Shown here: positions 12,189 through 23,237 of the stretch, in pieces
Layout of the letters: each line of letters begins with the position of its first letter
Position numbering within the stretch: the first letter of the stretch is position 1
DNA from: an uncultured Nitrososphaeraceae archaeon
GTDB taxonomy: Archaea; Thermoproteota; Nitrososphaeria; Nitrososphaerales; Nitrososphaeraceae
DNA length: 64,000 nucleotides
Reading direction: 5' to 3'
NCBI GenBank assembly: GCA_963786915.1
Contig: CAWBAU010000001.1
Coordinates: 1,051,272-1,115,271, forward strand
Position numbers and translations under genes: made by a program
The notes under the pieces: model-generated
What the model was told of the DNA's origin: nothing
Database searches by the model: none
Seen by the model: only the letters and a program-made list of their open reading frames with translations

Positions 12189-13132
12189 ATGCAATCTACA
12201 CTTCTCTAAGAACCTACTTCTGGCAGGAATGGTAGCAATGTTAATTTTCTCATGGTTACCGATGGTGACAAATGAAGTGTTTGCAGCTCCAGACAGATTT
12301 GCAATGTCATATTTCTCATGGCTCGCCTAGGGTGACAAATGAAGTGTTTGCAGCTCCAGATAAATTCGGAATAGATGAACTTTATCCTACACCAGATAAT
12401 GGTCCTGTTTGGTTCCTAAACAACGAACAGCCAGAAGATGACGACGATTTTTTGATGACATCAGCTGAACAAATAGACTTACAAGAAGAAAGTTCGGATA
12501 TATTTGAACTGGATGCAGAAACGGGCTCACAAAAACACGGAGTAAGGCTTCATGCAGATTCTCCAGACGGCAAGTGGAAGAATGTGGAAATGACAGGCTA
12601 CTTTAAGCTACATGAGGGAAATGACCAATTTACCTTGATAGCAAGACAAGGTCCAACTTACAACGATGACGGTGGATGCGGTGCTTATGGCTACTACGGC
12701 ATGCTTGATGCAAATGGCGACGCTTATTTTAAGAAAAAGCTATTCCATCATGGTGGCTATACAGACAGGACTGCAGTAGAAGAAAACGTGGTAGACGATC
12801 TGGACGATAGATGGGTAGGCATCAAGCTGGTAACGTATGATTTGGATGGCGGTGACGAGGTTAAATTAGAGCTATGGGTTGATGATGGAGATGAGAGAAA
12901 CAATTGGAAGAAAGTTACAGAATATGTAGACGATGGTGATTGGGAGACCCATGGTAGCGACTGCGATAGAGACTCAGACGATATAATAGATGACGGGACT
13001 CGAGGCGGTTTCAGAGTAGACGATTCGGAATTTGAATTCAAAGATTTATCGATAAGAGAGATAGAACTACGACAGCCAACAAACCAAACATTCCTGCCAT
13101 ATTCAATTCAGACAGTCTCTCAGAACAGATAA
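12189..13132 (+). CDS. Secreted acidic beta-sandwich (lectin/polysaccharide-lyase-like) protein with disrupted 5' end
   Basis: Signal peptide LLLAGMVAMLIFSW..EVFA; mature part APDKFGIDELYPT..WKNVEMTGYF..WVGIKLV..VKLELWVD..NNWKKV..FRVD. A duplicated ~66-bp block disrupts the 5' end. Confidence 0.7.
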
Positions 13133-14089
13133 CCTCACATTCAGAGAGCAGACAGGCACAGTCACCATATCTTATTTCCACACCATGAACAAGAACTCTC
13201 CAAACCGATCTTGCCTTCGTGGTACGCGCCACCACTCATGCAATAGCAAGATCCATGTATGAATAGCTGGGTGCGTTGAGGTTGTTCATCTAATTAAATA
13301 CAAGAATCACATCAGAAGACAAACAAAGGTCGAGAGGCAAAAACAAGTTCAAATAACACAAAGAACGTGGGTAGAAGTTTTATTATTCTACTCTAGACGT
13401 TCTCGCAATGTGCAATGTACGACTCAAGGGGTGGTAGCTTTACGCAATGAATGTTTCTTGATAGCGGGGCAGACTCTAGGAATGAGTTGTAGTCCCAAAA
13501 TAATAGTAATAAGATCCAAACAAAATTAGATATTAGTATGAGTTTTCATCTGCCAATACTCAAGGCAAAATGCGTGTCATTCTTTGCAACTGTATGATCT
13601 TCTCTAGCTCGCTCTTTATTTTTATCTCATAGGGTATATCGGACACGCTCTAGTTTGGAGCAATTTATGATACTGGTAGTTCAACCTAAGGGCATCAAGA
13701 TCATATTTAGGGCTCTTGGATGAGTAGGAATAATTTATAGAGAAGCTTCTGTACCAGGCTAAAGTCATGCCGTAATAGTTTTTGTGTCACATCGTTGCAG
13801 ATGTGCCAGCTGCTGGATTGAACTAGCATTGTTGGGCCTGGCAATGTATGTCCTAATTGTTGTGCAAAATTATTGATAATGGCAGATACGGCTTTTGTAT
13901 TGAATTTTCTGGCGTAGCATAAAAACAGATACAAGTTGTAGAGAATCAGGACAGCGCTATTGGCTTACATTGATTATCATCGCTTAGTATAATTCTCAAC
14001 TCTTTCTAATATGGGCACACAGTGATTTTCGTCCAGCATGGGTCCTGAGAAGGAAGCCCATTAATAACAGCGAACGGCAAACTACCGCT

Positions 14090-15763
14090 ATGAGTGATCC
14101 ACGCAGAGGACTTCCACTAAAGAGCTCTCTGTTGGAGCAGATATTTCCGACCTTAACTCCTGCGCAGATTCGTCGCATCGCACCTCATGGACATATCCGT
14201 GCAATGCAGCGTGGCGGGGTGCTCGTCGAGCAGGGTGATAGAGAGGTTCCATTCTTTGTGGTGGTCTCCGGCGAGGTCGAAATTGTGCGTCCCTCCGGGG
14301 GTGTTGAAACCCTTATCACGGTCCATGGCCCAGGTCAGTTCACTGGTGAGGCCAACATGCTCTCTGGCCGCCCTGCTGTCTTTCGGATGCGTGCCACCAA
14401 GCCGGGTGAGCTGATCGAACTGAATCGCCAACACATGCTGGCTTTGATGCAGACCAATGTGGAGCTAGGCGAGATCCTGATGCGGGCTTTCCTTCTCCGC
14501 AGAGTCGAGTTGGTGGCGGCCGGCGTGGGAGATGTAGTGCTCATCGGATCAATGCACTCCGCCGGTACGCTTCGGATCAAAGAGTTCTTGATGCGCAACG
14601 GACACCCATACTCCTACATAGACCTCGAACGCGACCCTGATGTACAGAACCTACTGGATGGTTTCCATCTCGCAGCCAGCGAGATACCCGTAGTGATCTG
14701 TCGCGGTGAGATTGTGCTTCGGAACCCCGCGAACCAGCAAGTTGCGGACTGCCTTGGTTTTAACGAGACCGTTGACCAAACTCATATGCGCGATCTCGTC
14801 ATTATAGGCGCTGGCCCCTCCGGACTGGCGGCAGCCGTGTATGGCGCATCAGAAGGGCTTGACGTTCTAGTGCTTGAAACGAGCTCGCCAGGTGGTCAGG
14901 CAGGTTCAAGCTCAAGAATCGAAAATTACTTAGGATTTCCCATGGGTATCTCGGGCCAGGAACTCGCAGCCCGGGCATACAACCAGGCGCAAAAGTTTGG
15001 CGCGCAGATGCTTATCGCCAGGGGCACGCGACTCGCCTGTGACAGCAAACCGTACGTCGTAGAAGTGGAGAATGGGGCTCGAATTCAGACACGCAGTATC
15101 GTGATTGCGACCGGGGCGCAGTATCGAAGGCTACCATTCAATAACTTGCCTCGCTTTGAAGGCACGGGAGTCTATTACGGTGCAACCTTTGTGGAAGCGC
15201 AGTCGTGTAGCGGAGAGGAAGTGATTGTGGTTGGCGGAGGAAACTCGGCCGGCCAAGCTGCTGTGTTTCTGGCGGAGACGACAAAGTGCGTGCACATGCT
15301 AATAAGGTCGGCCGGTTTGGCCGAGAGTATGTCCCGCTATCTTATTCGCCGGATCGAACAGACCCCTACGATCGTATTGCACACGCACACCGAGATAGTA
15401 GAGCTCGCAGGAGGCGATCACCTCGAATCTGTTCGTTGGCTAAACAATCAGACGGGGCAAGTGGAGGAGCACAACATCCGCCACATATTCGTCATGACAG
15501 GCGCGGATCCGAACACCCATTGGCTCGATGGCTGCGTCGCACTTGATGCTAAAGGCTTCATTAAGACGGGTCCCGATCTGTTGCCAGAAGATTTGAACGC
15601 TGCACGCTGGCCCCTTGCTCGTCCGCCTTACTTGCTCGAAACCACTTTGCCGGGAGTCTTTGCGATTGGCGACGTGCGTGGCGGCAGCATCAAGCGTGTC
15701 GCGTCCGCGGTTGGCGAAGGGTCGATTGCAATTTCATTTGTTCATCAAGTACTCCAGGAATAG
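14090..15763 (+). CDS. Cyclic-nucleotide-binding domain / glutaredoxin-like / thioredoxin-reductase-like FAD-NAD(P) oxidoreductase
   Basis: cNMP domain (FFVVVSGEV, GPGQFTGE); IIGAGPSGLAAA, GGQAGSSSRIENYLGFP, VVGGGNSAGQAA, GVFAIGDVR, KRVASAVGEG. Confidence 0.92.
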   Translation: MSDPRRGLPLKSSLLEQIFPTLTPAQIRRIAPHGHIRAMQRGGVLVEQGDREVPFFVVVSGEVEIVRPSGGVETLITVHGPGQFTGEANMLSGRPAVFRMRATKPGELIELNRQHMLALMQTNVELGEILMRAFLLRRVELVAAGVGDVVLIGSMHSAGTLRIKEFLMRNGHPYSYIDLERDPDVQNLLDGFHLAASEIPVVICRGEIVLRNPANQQVADCLGFNETVDQTHMRDLVIIGAGPSGLAAAVYGASEGLDVLVLETSSPGGQAGSSSRIENYLGFPMGISGQELAARAYNQAQKFGAQMLIARGTRLACDSKPYVVEVENGARIQTRSIVIATGAQYRRLPFNNLPRFEGTGVYYGATFVEAQSCSGEEVIVVGGGNSAGQAAVFLAETTKCVHMLIRSAGLAESMSRYLIRRIEQTPTIVLHTHTEIVELAGGDHLESVRWLNNQTGQVEEHNIRHIFVMTGADPNTHWLDGCVALDAKGFIKTGPDLLPEDLNAARWPLARPPYLLETTLPGVFAIGDVRGGSIKRVASAVGEGSIAISFVHQVLQE

Positions 15764-16052
15764 GAAGCAGATCGAACCGTACAAGATCGGATGAATGACT
15801 ATGAACTAGGAACAAAATCTGTTTTGAAGTAGGCAAAATCAGGCGATTATGTAAAAAGAAAGCTTTGATGCTAGACCTCCTAGATTGAGATAATACCAAA
15901 GAGGATAAAGCATCTGTTCTACGAGATTATGCGTTTGCCACCTCTTGCAGACAATAACATAAATTACATTACCTGAATTGTTGAGCCATACATAGACAAA
16001 GCGTGTCCATTCATTAAAAAAATTCAAGATATACTGATAAACACCTTTTGAA

Positions 16053-16397
16053 CTAGCTTACAAAATCCCCTTCCATTGGGTATCCTGCTTGCTCCCAGTC
16101 AACTATTCCGCCGGCATAACGCCTGACTTTAGAATATCCCATATTAGTCAAAAGCTGATACCCGATTATACTTGCAATACATGATGGATTAGAACAGTAT
16201 ATGACAATATCATCATTAGGATCAAGAATTTTCCTCGCATCCTCTATTTTGCTAATGTTGATAGAATTAGGTATGTGTTTAGCATTAAATGCCCATTCTC
16301 CCAAAGCGTTTACTAGCTTAAACTTATCTCTACGATCTAATTTCTCTTTTAATTCTTCCTTGCTGATAAGGTTCATTGATAGTTTGGAATTGTTCAT
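16053..16397 (-). CDS. Rhodanese-like domain protein
   Basis: HIPNSINI, IVIYCSNPSC, YAGGIVDWEQAGYP. Confidence 0.9.
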   Translation of the reverse strand: MNNSKLSMNLISKEELKEKLDRRDKFKLVNALGEWAFNAKHIPNSINISKIEDARKILDPNDDIVIYCSNPSCIASIIGYQLLTNMGYSKVRRYAGGIVDWEQAGYPMEGDFVS

Positions 16398-16720
16398 TTA
16401 ATGTTAAGGCAACTAGTAAGATAGATATTAAACATTTTTAATTTCGAGCGGTTAGACTGTAGGCTATCTTTGCATTTTGCAAGAACTTAACAATCAGCCA
16501 ACCAGCTAACAAAAAATTTCTCCCAAGAAAGGAGGAGACAAAGTCAATCTCTAAATTTCCAAAGACCATATCAGTAGGAGCCGATTCAGTTCGCGATACC
16601 GTCTTTGAGGGTGACAAAGGGTCTAAATGATGGTCCAAAAAATGTCTACTACTGTCATTAGATGGTAATAAATACCAATAATTACCAACACTTATATAGG
16701 TAGGCCGATATATAATATGT

Positions 16721-17218
16721 ATGTCAGATAAAAGAACAACAACAAGAGACAACGAAGGAATAACAGTAACAACAACTACAGCTAGAGCAAACGAAGTAAG
16801 TGATACTATAAGAGACAATACTTTACGTATAGTTGACGAGGTAGCAAAGGTTCAGCCTCAATTTGCTCAGGCGATATCCAACCTACAGCTAGACTACATC
16901 CAGGCCGTAAAAAGCATAGTTCAAACTGCATTTGCCAATCAAAAACAGGTTGCTGCGCATGCCATGAACATCCCTCAAACACTGCAAGTATCAGAAGAGG
17001 TTGCAAAGCAGTCTACAGAGGTAACAAACAGCATAATTCGTTCAGTCGGTATTTTCAACCAACTTGAAGTAACTGCATTGGACTCAGCAAGAGAGAATTT
17101 AAAGATCTACGGTAGAACATTAGATGCACTTACAGACTTCAACAACAACATAGTGAAGGCTTGGACATCGTACTGGTCTTCACCACAGCACCAACTACCA
17201 CAATTTAACAGGGCATAG
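16721..17218 (+). CDS. Phasin-like (PHA granule-associated) amphipathic helical protein
   Basis: All-helical, Q/N/A-rich sequence (QFAQAISNLQLDYIQA..ALDSARENLKIY..NIVKAWTSYW); inference from composition and lineage. Confidence 0.5.
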   Translation: MSDKRTTTRDNEGITVTTTTARANEVSDTIRDNTLRIVDEVAKVQPQFAQAISNLQLDYIQAVKSIVQTAFANQKQVAAHAMNIPQTLQVSEEVAKQSTEVTNSIIRSVGIFNQLEVTALDSARENLKIYGRTLDALTDFNNNIVKAWTSYWSSPQHQLPQFNRA

Positions 17219-17520
17219 CCCTGTTATTTTTTTCTTATACATTCAGGCCTAAGTGGCATAACCGTAGCTTGAATGCAACGATATAGCAGAATTTCATTAT
17301 CTTAATTCACTTTGAGATTAACTCAAAAGTACAAGAGGGTTTCCTTTTTCAAGCCAGGCGTGTAGCGAATGTATTGCTATAATATCGCTCAATACTTTCG
17401 ATCCTGCAACCACAAATGCTAGTGCACCGCATAGTCCACAATCTGATGCCCAGTAAAGGAAAGACTTTTAATCATTAAATTTAATTCCCCATAAGTCCTC
17501 TCTAAAATAAGAGATTTAGT

Positions 17521-17943
17521 TTGAGTATTGAGGGACGTCTCATAACTGGTTGGTTACCATTTATATTTGCAAAATTTATTTGTGACCAACTTCAAGTTGT
17601 TAGAGATATTCTCTTAGTTGTAGACACGGGAACGGCTACTACTACAATAAATGAATTTGATGCTCGACAAATGAAGGTAGATTACTCTAAATTGACAAAA
17701 TATCAAAATTCGCTAGGTATTGGTGGTTCAGCTGAATCATACCTGGCAGATTCATGCCATTTGTATTTCGGGGAGGGAATAGAATCAGTCGATGTCAAGC
17801 CTGTCAAGTTTCTCCGGCAAAGTGATGCTGTGAAAGTTGACCAGGAGCGTTATCCCAGTCTTTTGGGTATGGACGTACTGCGAAATTACAAAATAAGCTT
17901 TAGCGAATCTAAAGTGATCTTAGAAAGAGATAGTAGATCTTGA
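17521..17943 (+). CDS. Retropepsin-like (clan AA) aspartic protease family protein
   Basis: LVVDTG, GIGG flap, SLLGMDVL. Confidence 0.8.
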   Translation: MSIEGRLITGWLPFIFAKFICDQLQVVRDILLVVDTGTATTTINEFDARQMKVDYSKLTKYQNSLGIGGSAESYLADSCHLYFGEGIESVDVKPVKFLRQSDAVKVDQERYPSLLGMDVLRNYKISFSESKVILERDSRS

Positions 17944-18525
17944 TTTGAATAATAGACGATATTATGCTAGGTATTCTACATTGCGATGCCGCAAGGTAGC
18001 TATTGTAGTAGCAATCACGGGATGCTTTGGTATGAAGTTCAATTCTTCTGGCTAAGAACTAACAGTTCTCAATCTTTTTTTGTTGTGTATAGTTGGAATG
18101 GGAGGTCTGGTAATCAAGTATAAACCTGCATGATATGAAGATGACTAGATATATGTATATGCTGTAGTTGACTTTGTAAAGCTCTCCACATGCGATCGAA
18201 ATAAGTTAAAGGTTCTTGAATTACGGTATTGTCATTACTTTATGTCCCCAAATAAATTCTAAGATCGGATTGTTGCAGGCTAGTTAGTGAACGGGTTAAG
18301 TTTGAGAAAGCAGAAATAAGGAGATAGCGCGCGGAAGGATTGTATGTTACTATGATGAACTACAATAGAATAAAAAATTGTTACTAGAGCACAGGTTAAT
18401 CGTATTATAAGGAGAAGATCATTAGGTAAAATGTGGGTTATTTACAAAATTCAATTTATCCCACAAAGTTACAGAACCTGATATACTCAACATATATCAA
18501 CTTTGTTTTCCAAAATTCTCTTCAT

Positions 18526-19152
18526 ATGGCTAATACTAGAAAGACATCATCACGAACCTCCAAGAAGAAAAAAGGCAAGGTAGATTCTACAATTCGCAGT
18601 AGATCTGGAAAAGTAAATGCACAGAAAAGAAGAAGAAGAACAACAACAATAAAACAATCATCCAAAGCAACCAGCAGAACTCGAAGGAATAGGAGGGCTA
18701 AGACGTCTGACATTATTATCAAGAGAACAAGCGGAAGAAAGGAAAAGTTTGAAACCAACAAGATGGCTCAAACTGTAAGTAGGTCAGGTACTCCATTCCT
18801 GCTAGCAAGAGATGTTGCAAAGACAGTTTCTGAGAAAGTAATGCGGAAGGATAATGATGCCCAAGCTGGGCAAGGGGAAGAGGGAATGAAAGGCTCGTCA
18901 CATTCCACTATCGAGGTAGACGGAGGAGAGGTAAGAAGGATGGTTGCAGAGGAGCTTAGGGAAAGAAACCGACCCGATATTGCATCCTCTTATTCGGGGG
19001 AACAGCCAGAAAATACTCGGCAAGGAAGGCACGAATTAATGAAGGAGAATCAACCACTGCATGATGCAGATTCAGCAAACCGGAGCAAGTTACTCTTTGA
19101 TTCAAGCACAAACATGGCAAAAAGTACACGGCCGTCCTCAATGAAGCGCTAG
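18526..19152 (+). CDS. ATP-cone domain protein with very basic N-terminal extension
   Basis: IIKRTSGRKEKFETNKMAQTVSRSG..VRRMVAEEL; first ~60 aa K/R/S/T-rich; ATG 18526 preferred. Confidence 0.7.
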   Translation: MANTRKTSSRTSKKKKGKVDSTIRSRSGKVNAQKRRRRTTTIKQSSKATSRTRRNRRAKTSDIIIKRTSGRKEKFETNKMAQTVSRSGTPFLLARDVAKTVSEKVMRKDNDAQAGQGEEGMKGSSHSTIEVDGGEVRRMVAEELRERNRPDIASSYSGEQPENTRQGRHELMKENQPLHDADSANRSKLLFDSSTNMAKSTRPSSMKR

Positions 19153-19490
19153 GAAATAGAAAAGCTGTTAGATTTGAGATATTCACTAGTGCCATTATTG
19201 TTTTTTGCTGACAAAAGACGAGAAGCAAAAAGGGCATAGCCCGACTTTGCTTTTTTTCTTCTTGTTTTCTACTAAGATAACAGCCACCAATTGGTCCGAG
19301 GAAGGACATCAGGAGACCTCAAAGCTCTGACTTTGTTGAACGCCCATTATCCACAATGGTCAACTTCTACTGATCCATATTCTAAAATCTTTTTGGCTCG
19401 CTATCTACTCACTGGCCTCAGCAATGAAGGCGCTTTTTAAGGGTTATCACTTGTGTCGAACCGAAGGAATTGTCGTATTGATAAACATAA

Positions 19491-19538
<48 letters not shown>

Positions 19539-19622
19539 TGTGTTTCTCTTTTGTTTCGATAAAGATGAGAAGCAATCAATGCTTAAGAACTACTTCAACA
19601 TTTACATCTCTGGTGTCTCTAT

Positions 19623-19958
19623 ATGCCTAACATCAAATACTCCAAACACAACAGAGTTCACTTCAGATCTTTGGAAGAGAAAGAGGCAGGTACAACGATG
19701 TTCACTGAGTTTTTTGGTAGCATAAGAAAAGAAGAGTTAGGAAAAAAAATGAGAGGTCACATTATACTTGATAGTACAAGTGGCTTTCAAGAATCAATCG
19801 TTCTGACCTTTTGGGAGACAAGAGAGGATATGGACAAGTTTTACTCTACGCAGAACAAAGCCCTAGCCAATTTGGTAGAAAGAGCAAAGCCATTATTTGA
19901 AAAAATGCCTGAAAGAACGGATTATGCTGTGTCAGAATTATCATTCGCTGTATCTTGA
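19623..19958 (+). CDS. Antibiotic-biosynthesis-monooxygenase (ABM)-like protein
   Basis: ESIVLTFWETREDMDKF pattern of the dimeric alpha/beta barrel. Confidence 0.65.
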   Translation: MPNIKYSKHNRVHFRSLEEKEAGTTMFTEFFGSIRKEELGKKMRGHIILDSTSGFQESIVLTFWETREDMDKFYSTQNKALANLVERAKPLFEKMPERTDYAVSELSFAVS

Positions 19959-19998
19959 TCCTTGTCAAGAATTGATAGCAAGAGTTTCTGTTTTTGAT

Positions 19999-20689
19999 CT
20001 ATAGTTGCTTCTTCTTCTTCAGCAAAAGGAGCCACCATTCTTTGGCTGCTTGAATGTCATCTTGTATTAGCTCGTGGCCGCTGTCTTGCCATTGCAGATC
20101 CACAACAGCGCCAGCTTGTTTGAGCAAACCAGAAAGCTTCTCTGCTTCTTGTCTTGTAGCTATTGGATCCCTCAATCCCGATGACATGAATATGTGCTTG
20201 TCCGACAGGTCAGGAAGATTGTCCGGAACAAGAGGAACCATTGCCCGGAAGAGTATTGCGCCTGACAATGTTTGCGGCGTGAGTAAGAGCATGCTAGTCT
20301 GCTATGTTTGCACCGTTGGAATAGCCCACTGCTATGACCTTGCGTGCATCAAATCCATAGACACTTGAAGCCTTCTCAACAAAGCCGGCAAGCTCCTGAG
20401 TGCGAAACTTAAGATCCTCGATGTCAAAGATGCCTTCAGCAAGCCTGCGAAAGAAACGCGGTATTCTGCCTGCTTCCATTATTTTGCCACGGGGACTTAT
20501 CAATCCAGCGTTGAGGTCAAGCTCACGCCCTAGCGGCAGAAGGTCATCCTCGTTTCCGCCAGTGCCATGCAATAGAAGCAGAGTTAATCCAGATTTATCA
20601 TTTCCGTCTCGAGACGGAATAAAGCGGTGTGTAAATCCTAGTTGGTCTGATTTGTTAGATGATGATGATGATGATGATGATGTCGACAC
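19999..20689 (-). CDS. Phospholipase/carboxylesterase alpha/beta hydrolase (MhqD-like), frameshifted near 20293
   Basis: LLLHGTGGNE, RFFRRLAEG, GYSNGANIA, DPI, GHEL. Confidence 0.88.
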
Positions 20690-20713
20690 TCAATAAGCCC
20701 TCCTATTGTCCCT

Positions 20714-21772
20714 CTATTGCCTTTCTAAGGAGGTTTTTACTGGAGGCAACAGTTGCTCCAGCTTTCCACGCATAGGCTCAAGCCACTCAGGTAACTTTAA
20801 TTGCTTTCCGAGATCTTCCGGCCTTTCATCTATAGCAAATCCAGGTGGATCCGTGGCAATTTCGAATAGTATTCCACCAGGCTCTCGAAAATAGACAGAA
20901 CGAAAGTAGGTGCGGTCAATTACAGGAGTCGGATTAAGCTTTGCTTCCTGAATAATTCTCTTACGCAAATCTATCTGATGTCTATCGTTGGCGGCGCGCC
21001 ACGCGATATGGTGGACCGTGCCTATTCCTATATAGCCTCTAGATATTTCAGGTTGGCATACAACGTCGACAATTGAGCCTATTGATGAGGATGATGATGT
21101 GGAGGCGCCTTCTTGATTGCTATTGTTTTTTTCCACTATTCCAAAGCGGAATCTATCTTCCTTGTTGTCTTTGGCTATAAATTTAAATCCCATAGTATCA
21201 GCCAGAAGTGTAGCAGTGTGCTCATATCCTTCTTCAGATAGGGTGGCTGAGTGGAATCCTCTGATGGCATGATCTTTACTAACGGGACTTCCTTTCCATA
21301 TGTTGTTGTCTGTCTGCTGCTGTTGTAGTTGTTGTCCTTGAGAAGCATTAGGAGAAATAAGCTCAAGCATCAACCCATCGGGATCGTGGAACGAAACAAA
21401 TTCATCGCTAAAGCGTTTTGAGGGACCAACAAATGAAATGCCATTGTGCTTGAGCCTATCAGTCCAGTAGCTCATAGACCCACTGGGAATCAGAAAGGAT
21501 ATGGCTATAACCTGTCGTGTTCCGCGATGTCCTATAGGTGCCTCAGACCAAGGGAAGAATGTTAAAATGGTTCCAGGATGTCCGAGGGAATCGCCGTAGT
21601 AAAGGTGGTATGTTGTCGGGTCATCAAAATTAACTGTTAATTTTACTAACCTCAGCCCCATCAACCCTGAGTAAAAGTCAATATTCCGTTGTGGATTTCT
21701 AGCTATAGCAGTGATGTGATGAATGCCAAGGACTCCTCCTTCTGATTTTTGGTTACCTCCTTCTACTGTCAT
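20714..21772 (-). CDS. Ring-cleaving dioxygenase, glyoxalase family (MhqO/MhqA-like)
   Basis: GIHHITA, VKLTVNFDDPTTYHLYYG, GTVHHIAWR, DRTYFRSVYFREPGGILFEIATD. Confidence 0.92.
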   Translation of the reverse strand: MTVEGGNQKSEGGVLGIHHITAIARNPQRNIDFYSGLMGLRLVKLTVNFDDPTTYHLYYGDSLGHPGTILTFFPWSEAPIGHRGTRQVIAISFLIPSGSMSYWTDRLKHNGISFVGPSKRFSDEFVSFHDPDGLMLELISPNASQGQQLQQQQTDNNIWKGSPVSKDHAIRGFHSATLSEEGYEHTATLLADTMGFKFIAKDNKEDRFRFGIVEKNNSNQEGASTSSSSSIGSIVDVVCQPEISRGYIGIGTVHHIAWRAANDRHQIDLRKRIIQEAKLNPTPVIDRTYFRSVYFREPGGILFEIATDPPGFAIDERPEDLGKQLKLPEWLEPMRGKLEQLLPPVKTSLERQ

Positions 21773-22279
21773 AATCTTCCGCCTTCTGTCCTTATCCTTA
21801 TACTCCAAGTGCATTTCAATATTTAAAAAGATTGTATCAATACTACTATATTCTGCGACCAAAGGTGATACACTAAGAAAAATGGCGCCTTGCAACTTTG
21901 ATACCGACAAGTGGTTTCTCAACTAAATCGAATGTTCCTGCCACGACGACGAAGAAGAAAAAACCTCAGGCGCCTTGCTCACCTGACTGCGAGCCGCCTA
22001 AGATTAGGACTGTTCAGTGGAGCACCAAATAAAAAGCATGACGAGTGACAAAGTGGCTGCATCGGCTATGAGGATTATGTTCAGTTGGACTTTTCAGCAT
22101 TCCAGAAGAAAAATCAAGGATATTACCAAACTATACATATTGTGTGTATTGGCAAAAAATTTGGATGAGAGTAAAAAAACAGAGGCTCCCGGTCTTCACT
22201 TGCTATTGCTAGGCGGTATTGGGTTGCGTTTGTAGTTTTCAAAGTCTTGAAGGTATTCTAGCGGAGCACCGCGCTATCA

Positions 22280-22867
22280 CTAACCTTCTGCTTCTCCTTC
22301 ATCTTCGCCGTCTTCATCTTCGCCGTCTTCGCTGGTAGTTGTGTTACCTCCTAAAGCATTCAGGGCTAAATTCAGGTTCATGAGTACACCCTGAGTGTCG
22401 TTATTTAACGCTGCCATACATGCTTGTTCTATAAGCTGAGTTGGAGATGATGTCGTTTGGTTTCCTCCTCCAGCTGTGGTAGCATTTGCGGTCATAGGAG
22501 CAGTTGTGGCAGTAGTAGTATTGCCTGTCGTAGCATTAGCACTGCTACCACCTGTTGTTGTTGCTGTTGCATTAGTAGTGGCGTTCTGGCCTCCACCTTC
22601 TCCTGTTTGTGTTGGAGCACAAGCAGACTGCGCACTGGTGCCGCCGCCTGTTGTTGATGGAGTAGTAGCGTTGCCGGTCATATTCTGGGCTATGGCTGGC
22701 TGGTAGTTGTTAATGAGAGATAGTCCTGTTAGAAATACTGCAGCGACTACTATACCTGCCAAAGGTATAGCACCTATTGATTTGGCTGTCCTCTTGTTGT
22801 TGTCTTTCTTGTTATCATTTTTTTCACTATGTCTGTTCATTAACCCCCGGTTTAAGCGGTATAGCAC
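22280..22867 (-). CDS. Secreted Thr/Gly-rich glycoprotein-like protein
   Basis: Signal/TM segment, many N-x-T sequons (NATT, NTTT), two Cys, acidic tail. Confidence 0.65.
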   Translation of the reverse strand: MLYRLNRGLMNRHSEKNDNKKDNNKRTAKSIGAIPLAGIVVAAVFLTGLSLINNYQPAIAQNMTGNATTPSTTGGGTSAQSACAPTQTGEGGGQNATTNATATTTGGSSANATTGNTTTATTAPMTANATTAGGGNQTTSSPTQLIEQACMAALNNDTQGVLMNLNLALNALGGNTTTSEDGEDEDGEDEGEAEG

Positions 22868-23101
22868 TTAATGATTTCATATATATTCTAGCAAACTAGA
22901 AGATGAATGAAAGAAACTGTATTAGATTCGGTTCAAAGGCAGTAACAGCGATGATCATGATATCGTGCATGCGATCCCAGGGCATATGGTGGAAATACTT
23001 TGCTTTCTGCTTCTGTCCTCAGGCCAGTCAATTTATTGCTATCATTACTGTCAGTTACCACTACTTTATTCAACATCATATAAAATAAAGAAAAAGAGAA
23101 A

Positions 23102-23143
23102 GGGGGTTTTTTATTGCCCCCAACTCGGCCGCTCGCGGCAACC
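23102..23143 (-). terminator. Double hairpin before a pyrimidine tract, 3' of paralogue 1
   Basis: GGTTGC-CGCGA-GCGGCC, then GGGGG-N10-CCCCC, then TTTCTCTTTTTC on the - strand. Confidence 0.6.
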
Positions 23144-23237
23144 AGGTCAAGATTGTATGTTTATGTATCGCGTTGTCTCTGTCTAGTTCATTTTATGTTC
23201 CTGTTGTTGTCTCATTTGCTGACGGTGTAGTTGTCTC

